A stretch of DNA of 64,000 nucleotides from an uncultured Candidatus Peribacteria bacterium. Lineage in GTDB: Bacteria; Patescibacteriota; Gracilibacteria; Absconditabacterales; Absconditicoccaceae. Of the stretch, positions 1 through 9,549 are shown piece after piece; positions within the stretch are counted from its first letter, which is position 1, and each line of letters opens with the position of its first letter. Under the pieces are notes generated by a model. It did no database searches, was not told the origin of the DNA, and worked only from the letters and a program-made list of their open reading frames with translations. Where the stretch lies: the NCBI GenBank assembly GCA_964430205.1, contig CAYSER010000002.1, forward strand, positions 17,207 to 81,206, written 5' to 3'. The translations under genes were made by a program, and so were the position numbers.

Positions 1-83
1 TTGAAAACCATGACATACGTTTGCTCCTTTCTTATTTATTTACATATATTTTTGTGTGTCGCTTTTCTATTGAAAGAAAAAGA

Positions 84-115
84 GAAAAAAACTGACAAAT
101 ATCAGAAAAAAACTC
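84..115 (-). promoter_or_regulatory. conserved 32-nt intergenic element, copy 1 (core CTGATATTTGTCAG on minus strand)
   Basis: Near-identical to 442..473 and 1569..1599. Lies 76 nt upstream of a minus-strand ATG at position 16, which has an AAAGGAG SD 7 nt before it. TTGTCA-N23-TAGAAA arrangement. Confidence 0.45.
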
Positions 116-131
116 ACGGAGATACCGTGAG
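106..131 (-). terminator. rho-independent terminator-like hairpin downstream of ORF 141..374
   Basis: Minus strand reads CTCACGG-tatct-CCGTGAG (7-bp stem, 113..131) followed by T7 (106..112). Confidence 0.55.
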
Positions 132-140
132 GAATTTTTT

Positions 141-374
141 TCATTGATTTATCCTTACTGTCTTGTAGCCCGGAGTGTTGATGTCATACATATAACTACC
201 GTTGACATACAGATGCGCTCTGCCGATGGATGTATGATCAATGATAGCTTCTCCTGAGTAATCTGTCCATTCTGATCCAGTGAATCCCCCTGAAGGGAAT
301 TCCAGACCCACTTTTACGCCTTCGACACGTTTCCCTGTATTCTCGTCGATGACTATGATAGTCGTTGTCGCCAT
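141..374 (-). CDS. small hypothetical protein (77 aa as far as the TGA); beta-rich, fold unknown
   Basis: Track ORF with an ATG start. It ends at TGA 141..143, directly followed by a terminator-like hairpin. Under strict code 25 it would read on to TAA 36..38 (see finding). Confidence 0.5.
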   Translation of the reverse strand: MATTTIIVIDENTGKRVEGVKVGLEFPSGGFTGSEWTDYSGEAIIDHTSIGRAHLYVNGSYMYDINTPGYKTVRINQ

Positions 375-441
375 AATAATTCCCTTTCTTTTTGTTAATG
401 ATTATTTGGTTTGATACCGTCTTTATAATGAGAAAAAAAAA

Positions 442-473
442 GAAAACAACTGACAAATATCAGAAAAAAACTC
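442..473 (-). promoter_or_regulatory. conserved 32-nt intergenic element, copy 2
   Basis: Plus strand gaaaacaaCTGACAAATATCAGaaaaaaactc. On the minus strand TTGTCA-N23-TATAAA, 76 nt upstream of ATG 374. Confidence 0.45.
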
Positions 474-491
474 TATCTAATACAGATAGAG
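464..491 (-). terminator. rho-independent terminator of gene 508..1476
   Basis: Minus strand CTCTATCT-gtatt-AGATAGAG (8-bp stem, 471..491) followed by T7 (464..470). Confidence 0.6.
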
Positions 492-507
492 TTTCATATA
501 CTTGTTT

Positions 508-1476
508 TTAGGAATTCACATATTTTGAATGGTAATCTGCTATGATATCTCCAATATGATCACTCTCATTGAACATTACATCATTTTCCCTGGTATTTAA
601 ATGTTTTGTCTTGCCCAACTCACTCCATGCATCCGTTGCTGCTTTCCAATAGAAATAGACATCATGCTCATAAGGATTGCATACATCTTGACCGCGTCGT
701 GCTACTTCCGCTTTATAAGACTGCAGCTCTTTTTTGCATTCCTGAATGTTCTCATAATATGTTTCCCTTAATCCCTGGATGTAATTGTTCTGTCTTTTCT
801 CTTCTGATTCTGATTCTGCTTCAGCTTCTCTTTGTCTTTCCATCCCCCTTTCCCCTTCTTGATCTGCTCTATTGAGATAATATGCTTCCATGACGGATTT
901 ATGTCTTTCGTGATATTTATCGATTTGTTCGCCAAACTTATCAATCTTGGCTTTATATTTACTATAGAGATCTGAATTAACGAAATCCGTTTCTATCAAC
1001 CTATTCCATTCTTCCAATACTTCTTCATAGAGTTTTTCTACCTCTGCTCGTTTTTCTTGGTAATCATCATCTTGCGAAGAGTCCGCTTTCAATAAAAGTC
1101 CTAACATTTCATTTCCGCATCTATCCAATAGATGATTGAGTTCATGTGTAAGTTCATCCTCATTGGTAACTCGGTCCTGTGTTTCTCTCATCTCATCAAG
1201 ATCTTCGGAACATTTGTTTAATCGTTTTAATGTGTTCGTATACCATTCTTCCAGATCATCATCCTCTGATACATCTGAAGTGAAATCGGTTTCTTCCAGT
1301 AGCCGATTCCATTTATCGATTGCATTATTATAATCTTCTTTAGCATCTTTGTAATATCTTTCAAAATGATAATTATCTGGGTAGCGGTGGATTTCTTTAA
1401 GTACTTCACGAATGGTATATTCGCAGCCTACAAGTAATTCCCCTATCTCATGCCTATGTTCATGATACTTTTCCAT
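508..1476 (-). CDS. acidic coiled-coil repeat protein, hypothetical (322 aa)
   Basis: Uninterrupted track ORF. ATG preceded by AAAAAGGAGGAAAATAAA (strong SD). TAA stop. Internal repeats (YHExH..., WNRLLEETDF / WNRLIETDF). Confidence 0.7.
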   Translation of the reverse strand: MEKYHEHRHEIGELLVGCEYTIREVLKEIHRYPDNYHFERYYKDAKEDYNNAIDKWNRLLEETDFTSDVSEDDDLEEWYTNTLKRLNKCSEDLDEMRETQDRVTNEDELTHELNHLLDRCGNEMLGLLLKADSSQDDDYQEKRAEVEKLYEEVLEEWNRLIETDFVNSDLYSKYKAKIDKFGEQIDKYHERHKSVMEAYYLNRADQEGERGMERQREAEAESESEEKRQNNYIQGLRETYYENIQECKKELQSYKAEVARRGQDVCNPYEHDVYFYWKAATDAWSELGKTKHLNTRENDVMFNESDHIGDIIADYHSKYVNS

Positions 1477-1568
1477 TTTATTTTCCTCCTTTTTGTTTCA
1501 GTTTATGATTTTGTTTATATTTGTTATTTTATTTTTTTTAACGCATGCCTTATATTCATAAACCAAAA

Positions 1569-1599
1569 GAAAAAAACTGACAAATATCATAAAAAACTC
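1569..1599 (-). promoter_or_regulatory. conserved intergenic element, copy 3
   Basis: gaaaaaaaCTGACAAATATCATaaaaaactc. On the minus strand TTGTCA-N23-TATAAG, about 100 nt upstream of ATG 1476. Confidence 0.45.
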
Positions 1600-1788
1600 A
1601 AATTTAATGTCTTTTTTTATATATTTTATACATTAAGTCAATTAATTATTTCTCTTTTATTTTTTGTCAAATTCACTTTATCGATTTTTGGCTGATTTCT
1701 GGTCTTTTCCTTCCCTTTTGGATATACTTAAACGATTCTACGGATATGTTCTGTCGATTCATTCGTATTTATCTTCTACGTTCTCTCT

Positions 1789-3285
1789 ATGACCTCCAAT
1801 CGTATCAGTACGCTCACGATCATCTGACTCATGATCCTCTGTTTCCGGTTGGTTATCCTCTTTATGGATGACGCTTTTTCTGCTGTTCCTCAGCATGTAC
1901 AGCAGAGGCCTACTCCTGAAGCATCTTCTTCCGATGATTCATTGACTGTCCAGCAACCTGCTTTCTCTTCCAGTCCAGATGTCGCTACCATGGTTTCCGG
2001 TGTCGTACATCAGCAATTGGGTAACTCCCAGATCTTCCAGGATCTCCATGTCTTGGAGTATCTCTACACCAAGAACAAGAATCCTGAATTGCTCCAACCA
2101 TTGGTAGAGAAATTCCTCCAATATTATCAATTTGATAAAGCCAATCAATATCTGACGCTTTTGGTCGCAGAAGCAGGGGACTATTCTAAGCTGAAGATGG
2201 ATCCATATCAAGTCATCTATGCACGTTTCCATGATTCTTCTATCGGTCTCGATAGCGCTTATGCGTTGGATAGCGTCTTCTCTTTGATCAATGAATATCA
2301 ATCTCAAAATCTCATCACTGCTGATGATGCTATGTTCTATAAAGGAATCAAGTCCTTACGGGTCTATGATTATCAGACCGCTACTGCGGCGTTCAACAAA
2401 GTCACCGGTCAGCGTTATCAGGATTTCAAGAAAGCATATGAATCTGCATTAGCCAATTATGTTAAGATCAAGAATCCGCCCGTCTATTATAGGGATGGTC
2501 TTGTAGCTCTGACCCTGCTCAAAAATTGATATTTCTCTGTCGCTAAAAGGCTCGCGCTCCGTGCGCTCGCTGTTGACTCTACCTATGTCCTTCCGTATCA
2601 GGTCCTTGCCTATTCGAATTTCCTGACCCATAATCGGGAGTCAGCCAAAGACTATTTCCTAAAACTTGCTGATTTCGATACTACCAATGCATCTCTTTAT
2701 AAATTCCTTATCGGCGTATCCTATTATCGATATTGAGATTATGAACAATCCATCATCTATCTCAACCAGGTTACCGATCCTTCTCTTCAGACTGATGTCT
2801 ATAGGTATATGCTTCTCTGATATATCAATATGCAGGATACTACGGACATGGTTCGCATCCGGCAGGATCTCTTGGGACAATCACAACTCCAGCCTTCCGA
2901 CTTTGCTCTTTTCTTCGATCATTTCTTTTATCTTCCGTTCCGTACTGCCCAACCCTTCTCGCTTTATCTGGATACTCCTCAATTGGCTGATCTCTATGAA
3001 GAGAGATGTTCTACCATTTTCACCGGTAGTCAAGACGATGTGTGTAGGTACGGAGAGGTCTGATTGCAATTGGCCAAGCAAAACCTATCTTGAGTGTGAC
3101 AGACGCTCATCTCGCTAACTCAGACCTATCATCAGTCCCATCTCTATCATCTTCTCGGTGACTATTATGCTTCGATCAAGCAATATCCTTCTGCAAAAGA
3201 CGCATACATCAAAGCATTAAGCATCTCTGACGATACCACTGAACAATCATTGATTCAGAATAAGTTATCTCAACTCTCTAAATAG
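1789..3285 (+). CDS. secreted or membrane-anchored TPR-like repeat protein (498 aa)
   Basis: Track ORFs 1831..2529 and 2830..3063 are in one frame, separated only by TGA. First ATG after TAA 1729..1731 gives MTSNRISTLTIIGLMILCFRLVILF (charged N-terminus plus hydrophobic core). TPR-like helices (GDYEQSIIYLNQV; GDYYASIKQYPSAKDAYIKAL). TAG stop 3283..3285. Confidence 0.7.
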
Positions 3286-3332
3286 CATATTCTTACTCCA
3301 TCATTTATCTCATCAGCGTTTTGGCACTATCC

Positions 3333-4829
3333 ATGAAGAAACTTTTCGCTCTCCCTATCGTGCTATGCCTACTCATCGCATCCATGAGCAATGTTTCTTT
3401 TGCCCAATCTTCAAATACTCCACCTGCAGATGATCTTACGGACGCCACATTTTGCTCTACCCAATCTTCCGTGTGTGGAACCGCGCCCGAACAGTTTACC
3501 CAACTGATGGATTTCGTGAGAGAAATGAGCAATGCTATCAGGACCATATGAACCCAAGGCGAATATATGGGCCAATATATCAATCCTAACCGATTCAAGG
3601 GAGATCAATTCAACCCTCCGCAAAAGACCTTGCTCGGAAGGGTCGCTAGGAATATCTCACAGAAGGCCCAGTTTTCCATAGCCAGCGTAGCGATTCTCTC
3701 TTCGCCGACCAATGTAGCCGGGCTCAAGGACATGATTTGATGACTTACCTTATTGGTCAAGAATCGTGTCTTCCTCAGGGATGCTTCCATCGTTCAAAAA
3801 CTTGAATCCGCTGTCAATGATAAGAAATACGAGCTTGGTCTCTGATGAGGACGGTACGCTTCCGTCAATCAGGAGAACCGTGCTGTCATGCAGGGCATTA
3901 TCCAGAAATACATAGACAAGTGAATATTGCTTCCGTGATCTAGCTTGAATGACGGTGTACTGTACAGCAATATCACTTCGTTGCTGACTCAGGTCCTTTC
4001 TTCGGCCAAGACATTCCTCTACTTAGGTAGTACGAGCCAATTCGATGATATATCTAGAGGTTCTTCCGATCAGAATATTGGTATATACTTCTCTTCGGAT
4101 GCTATCCAGAAGATGGATCGCAGCTATGATTGCGCAAAATGACCTAATTATATCTGCAGCAAGCAGCATACCAAGATCAAGCAGATGCTTACTGTCTTAT
4201 GAAAATCTCTTACCAACAATTTCTCTTCTTCGATAAAGCTCTTCAAGGATGCTAACAAGAGGATGGGGCAGCTCTTCTCTCCCAACACACCAAATGAGTC
4301 TTTTACCCAGAGAGAGAATGATTTGCTCAGGTCCATGTACGGAACCAAGAAGATCAGCTCGGGCGTGTTTTTGGATGTCAATTGACTTCAACAAGCGTGA
4401 TCTGATCTCAAGGATGTCCGGAAAGACACCAAAAATATCTGAACTGCAGTAGGGCAGTTTGTCTCCGGAACCATGATACAACCCGTATCGCAGCTCATTA
4501 CCTATCGATCATTGCCCAAAAACCTCAAAGAGACCGTAGATATGCTTCCTTCCAAAGCCTCGCTATCGGCAGATACCTTATTGACTACCGATGTCACCAA
4601 GAGCATCGATCAGTATCTTGTGGATGTCTTTTCTGATGCTCAGGCTGATCTGGATCTGGTTAGCATGTCTGAGCCTATCTGAGTGACTCAGGCCTTCTCC
4701 GTACTCGGCAATCAGATCTCTGTGATCGAGAACGATATCATAGGAGGAAAAGATATGGACGATAGCCTTATCAAGAACTTGTGAGTCGCATGCGAACTTC
4801 AGTGCGGCGGATGATGATCTTGTCGATAA
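3333..4829 (+). CDS. secreted hypothetical protein (498 aa)
   Basis: Joins track ORFs 3321.., 3945.. and 4473.. (same frame, TGA-only interruptions, checked codon by codon). MKKLFALPIVLCLLIASMSNVSFAQS signal peptide. Ends ...VACELQCGGGGSCR at TAA 4827..4829. Confidence 0.7.
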
Positions 4830-4862
4830 TATCTTTTTTATTTCGATCTTCCCTTACTTGTG

Positions 4863-5978
4863 ATGCATCTATGGAAAATACAGAGATTAGTGCTTTGGGC
4901 TGCAGTCGTTGCCGGTCTGTATTTTTCGTCTGTCTTCGCTGTCAATTTCTCAGCAAGCAATCTCAATCTTTCGACCGCATCAGAGCCAGACAGCGTGAAT
5001 GTTATGGTGCGTGATTTCTGTTCCAGTGTCATGAATTCTAGCGCTTTCAAGGAAAGCGGGTTCGTCTACAATGCTCAGCAATCTGTGTTCTTGCATCTGC
5101 TCTGCAGGAATTTTGGTGCGAGCTCATCATATTTCGCTAAGGAGGATATCTATTTCCAACGTTTGGATTTCAATGCGCTCTGATTCCATGATTACGTCAA
5201 TGAGGATGGCTCCGTCAATGATCTCTGCAATCCCAACTTCTTCAAGGGCGATTGCGATCTTGCAAGGAATATCCCTAAACTCTTCGATGGCATCATCAAT
5301 GATTATATCAACATGAAACAGCCGAATATCTATGGCCTGACCCAAGAATTTATTTCAGATTCCGATATCGAATACCAGATCAATCAATTCTCCTCATGAT
5401 ATTTCGACGGACTACAGCTCTGCGGCACTGATACTCCTCGCTATCCCAAGACCTGCAAGATGATGAAATCCACCTTCAAGGATGTCCGTAAGGCCTTGAA
5501 TGATGTCTCTATCCTCAATGTCAGCGGCGTATTCTCGATATTCAAGGAGAAATCCACAAAAACATCATGCGATACGGTCACCGTAGCCACCGATATCTTC
5601 TATTGCTGATTGTATGGCAATCCATTGTCCCGTCTGGTTTCCTTCACCAATCTCGTCTACAATGAGCTTTTCTATTATCGTCTCTTTATGTGATATTATC
5701 TCTCTATGCTCCAACGGTATCCAGGTATCTTATACCAAAACACCTATATGAAGGACTATACCGATATCCAAAAGACATTCCTCACCCAATATGCCCGATC
5801 CCATGAGGCGCTTTCGTTGAGTTTGAGGATGATGCGCGATACCTATATCGCTTTCCCTTTCCATGTAGGGTTATCCATGTATCATGAGGATCTCTACGGC
5901 TTGTGAAAGTCATTGTCATCTCTTGTTTCCCCTATAGATACTTTATCTGATAAGCTGAGAAATGTGCAGAAGCCTTAA
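4863..5978 (+). CDS. secreted hypothetical protein (371 aa)
   Basis: Joins track ORFs 4860..5183 and 5706..5906. MHLWKIQRLVLWAAVVAGLYFSSVFA signal peptide. TAA 5976..5978. Overlaps the next gene by 17 nt. Confidence 0.7.
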
Positions 5979-8139
5979 TAGGACAGTAGCATCTCTAATC
6001 GCGCTTATCGGCCTCGGTTCTTCCGTTTTTGCCGCTGATTTTTCCGATGCATTGATGCAGACTAATGCACAGACATCATCTATAGAGAACCTCTTCAACG
6101 GCAAGTCGGTAGTCACTAACCTTTATTCCAAGGCATTGAAGGTCGTCAAGGACAAAGAGACTTCTTCCACTTCTCTGGCCTTCGATAAGCTATTGGCATA
6201 TTTTTTCGATTGTCCTGCACTCACCCAAAAGGATATCATCAATATCCTCTATAATTCAAACTTCTCTTTCAGGAACACTTTCTCGCTCCTGCTGCCTTCC
6301 TCTACGAAGATTCCTACTTCCGGAGATATCTCTTCTACATATAATAAAATCTATGCATGCAGACATATCCAGAATCCCACAGTAACCGATATCGACAATA
6401 TCAATACTGAGGTCAATACCAGATATCTCGCTCTCTATGCCAATGCTTTCACCATCGCTTCCCTCAATAACGCTAATTTTTGATCCGATCTGTTCCGGAA
6501 TGGGACATTGGATGATAGCGATTTCGATCTTCTCTACGATATCAATCAGATCGGTAAGATTTTGTTCGATTCTTTCAAGGAGACTCCTCAATTGCTCTAT
6601 TATAGGTTGCCTGCGTCGCAACAATCTTCTTCGCAGAACAACAATACCCCATCATCTGCTCAGCAGAACGCTTATCAATTAGGATGAGGTGGATGATCTT
6701 TTGGCGGCTCTTCATGACTCTCTGGCTGATCTTCTTCTCCGATATCAACATCAACATCATCTACCACTACTGCGATTACCACAGCGACCGCTACTGCTTC
6801 AAGCAATGCTCCAGCCTTGGATGATAAGGAAGTCCAGAATTTCATTGCCAAGACCAATCCTGGTTCGTCTTCTCAAACATCTGTTGCAGGGCTCTATTTC
6901 GGTAATCAATGCTTGGTCTCTGATACTCCCGCTCCCATCGTTTCGGAAGAGACTGGACTGATCATGACTCCAGAAGAGTATCTCTCAGGTATCAGCAACT
7001 TCATCGCCAATGCCAATATAGACGATGTCATAAATACCACGCTCGTCAGCCAGTTCCATACCGACAATCCGAATCCTCCTTCATCGACTTCTTCTGTCTC
7101 GTGATATACTGCTCAGGCAAATGCGTATGTTGAACAGGCATACAACCAAACTCCTATCGGCACCTGCGAAACCACCTGTAACGATAAGCCCTTGATCGAG
7201 CAAGCTGCATGCGAATTGTCGTGCACCAAGCAATGCGTCCAAAAATGTTCCGATACTTCCAAGGATGCTATGACTTCCTGTGTATCTGTGTATGCTACTG
7301 ATGTGGCTGCATGCAACCAAGTATCTGCGCTCAAAAAGCCTCTCTGTCTGGCTTCTGCAGTAGCACGCCAAACTTCATGCAAGACACAAGCGACTACGGA
7401 TAATCTGCTTTGCATCTCCGATTGCACCTGTGTGCTCATCGCTTGACCCAATGGTCCAGGCCGGCAGAAGATGGAGGACATGTTCCGTATCAAGTTCTGT
7501 AAGGTGCCTGTACAATCCGTATCAATGACTCAACAGAAAAAAGTCTACAGCATCCAAGCGATATTCCAAAAGCTATCAGATTTGCTCCAGAGCCTTAAGG
7601 ATAGCTGACAGATGATCAAGTACACTAAAACGAAGGAATTCCTCGATAGCAATATCAAGATCAAGTTCGCTGATAATTTCGCCTTCAAAATCCTGTTCTG
7701 ATTTAAGCCAGTATTTTCTCAGAAATCGACGACCGTCAAAGCTCAGGAGCAGGCACAAGCGAATATCGATGCTAATATAGCCGTTCTCAATATGAATGCG
7801 AGTGCGCCGACCGCTGATGACTATACCAAATATATCGTCATAGCCGATCCCGCTACGAATGCCGCAAACAAGGAACCGGCTACCACCCATGAGGATATCC
7901 AAGCTAATATCGATAAATTCATGATAGCTGCAGAGAAGATGAAAGAAAATGAGCTCAGCGATCAACAGATTGATGGCGTTATCGTTTCCTACGCCCAGAA
8001 AAACAAGATTATCTTTATCAACAACATGATAGAATTCCTCAAAGATAATCAATCCTTTCTCAACAATTTCAGTGCTACCTTGCTCGATATGAATACTATG
8101 GCTCGTGAGCTCAAGACCAAGATAGAGAATTCAAAATAA
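5962..8139 (+). CDS. secreted hypothetical protein with a Cys-rich module (725 aa)
   Basis: Joins 5962..6483, 6817..7104, 7192..7446 and 7792..8139 (frame checked line by line; only TGA interrupts). MCRSLNRTVASLIALIGLGSSVFA signal peptide. 13 Cys in about 95 aa around 7160..7443, including an AACELSC motif. S/T-rich linker around 6740..6800. Confidence 0.7.
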
Positions 8140-8151
8140 TCTAGAGAAACA

Positions 8152-8625
8152 TTATGATAAGAATGCGCTGGTCAGCAGTTTCATGATCGCATATGAGAAC
8201 GCTATCACCAAGACCCCTATGATTGCGTTGGTGATCGCTGATTTCCCTTTTGACATACCCGAAGGATTGAAGATGCTGCTTGCATACAGGTATCCAGCAT
8301 AGATGATCATCACCACACCGATGAAGATTCCGATCTGTGAAAGGAATCTTACGAGATAAACGATGTAATCGAGCAAAGTATCCCATGTCATGATCCCTGA
8401 TGCCATCTGAGCTCATAAGTCTCAGGAGAGTTCAGAAGCCTGTTCGTTGTAGGATTTCCATACATTTCCTCATGTCTTACCGACCGCTTGAACTGCTTGC
8501 GTCACATTCCCTCCGCTAGCTGCTTCAGGTATTATTTCAAAATCATTCGTAGTCTGCTGCGCGAAGGAAGAGAACGGTGCGATGAACATACCGAGTATGA
8601 AGAGGATCAGAAGGAATCTTTTCAT
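8152..8625 (-). CDS. T4SS-type (TrbC/VirB2-like) pilin-like small membrane protein (157 aa)
   Basis: Track ORF 8152..8406 extends upstream through three TGA to ATG 8625. MKRFLLILFILGMFIAPFSSFAQQ signal peptide, then two hydrophobic helices flanking SGMSKGKSAI. This architecture is typical of the small T4SS pilins abundant in CPR genomes. Confidence 0.65.
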
Positions 8626-8661
8626 AAGGAGAGGAGAGGAGGTAAAATATTGAAGATAGTT

Positions 8662-9510
8662 CTATTTGCTACATGTCTTGGATGCTGGTGCCTGCTGGAT
8701 GATGGTCTGGAACATGTCTTTCACTTTAACGATCAAGTTCCATAATGCCATCAGTTTTTCCTGGACGAAATATTTCCTGAGGTATGCCTTGGTCCCTTCA
8801 TCGAAAAGCTGATTGGACTTCTCTATCATCATCATCTTGGTATAGCTTGTCTCTTTATTGACCCTGTTCTTTGCGATATTTTCGCATGCATTCATCAAGT
8901 TTTTCCCGATCAGTGTCTTATTGTCGTTGGGAACCCCATCATAGATGTCTTTCATTAGCGTGCATATCGTATCGTATTTATCTCTCAACGATACGATAGC
9001 GATGCCTTTGTTATAATTGTTCTTGATGATATTGATATCCTCGTATTGATGCAGCGTCCGATATCCGGTATAGAGTTTCTGGATTTCACTCGCTTGCGCT
9101 CCGCTCGCCATTTTCGCGATCTCATTTATCTTCGTTCTCCGTTCGAGTCATGTAGGATCAAGACTGAGATTGTAGGCGAGTCAGGTGATCCCGTCCAATC
9201 TTCTCATCGCTACGTCCAAGAGATGGTCGAAGAGGAATTCACTTGGCGGATAATACATTTGCGGTAGATTTCCGGTATTGTCTTTGGAACAGTCCAGCAT
9301 GTCCGGCTCCTTACAGCAGTGCGCCTTGAGATTGATGAGTGCCTGTTTGAATGCTTCTACGGGAAGAACATCTTGGTATCCTTTTGTTGCATATATTGCG
9401 ACTTGCTGATCTATGTTCGTTCATAGCACCACATTGCAATCGTTGGCTGCGAATGTCCGTCATATGCCTATCAGCCCTATGGCTATCGTTCAACATGTTT
9501 TCTTCATCAT
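8662..9510 (-). CDS. secreted hypothetical protein (282 aa)
   Basis: Track ORF 8662..9111 extends upstream through TGA codons to ATG 9510 (MMKKTCGTIAIGLIGIGRTFA, signal-like). TAG stop. Starts 39 nt after the giant-gene stop. Confidence 0.65.
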
Positions 9511-9549
9511 ACGCTCTATTGATGATAAAATGGTATTTTCTTTCTTTAT

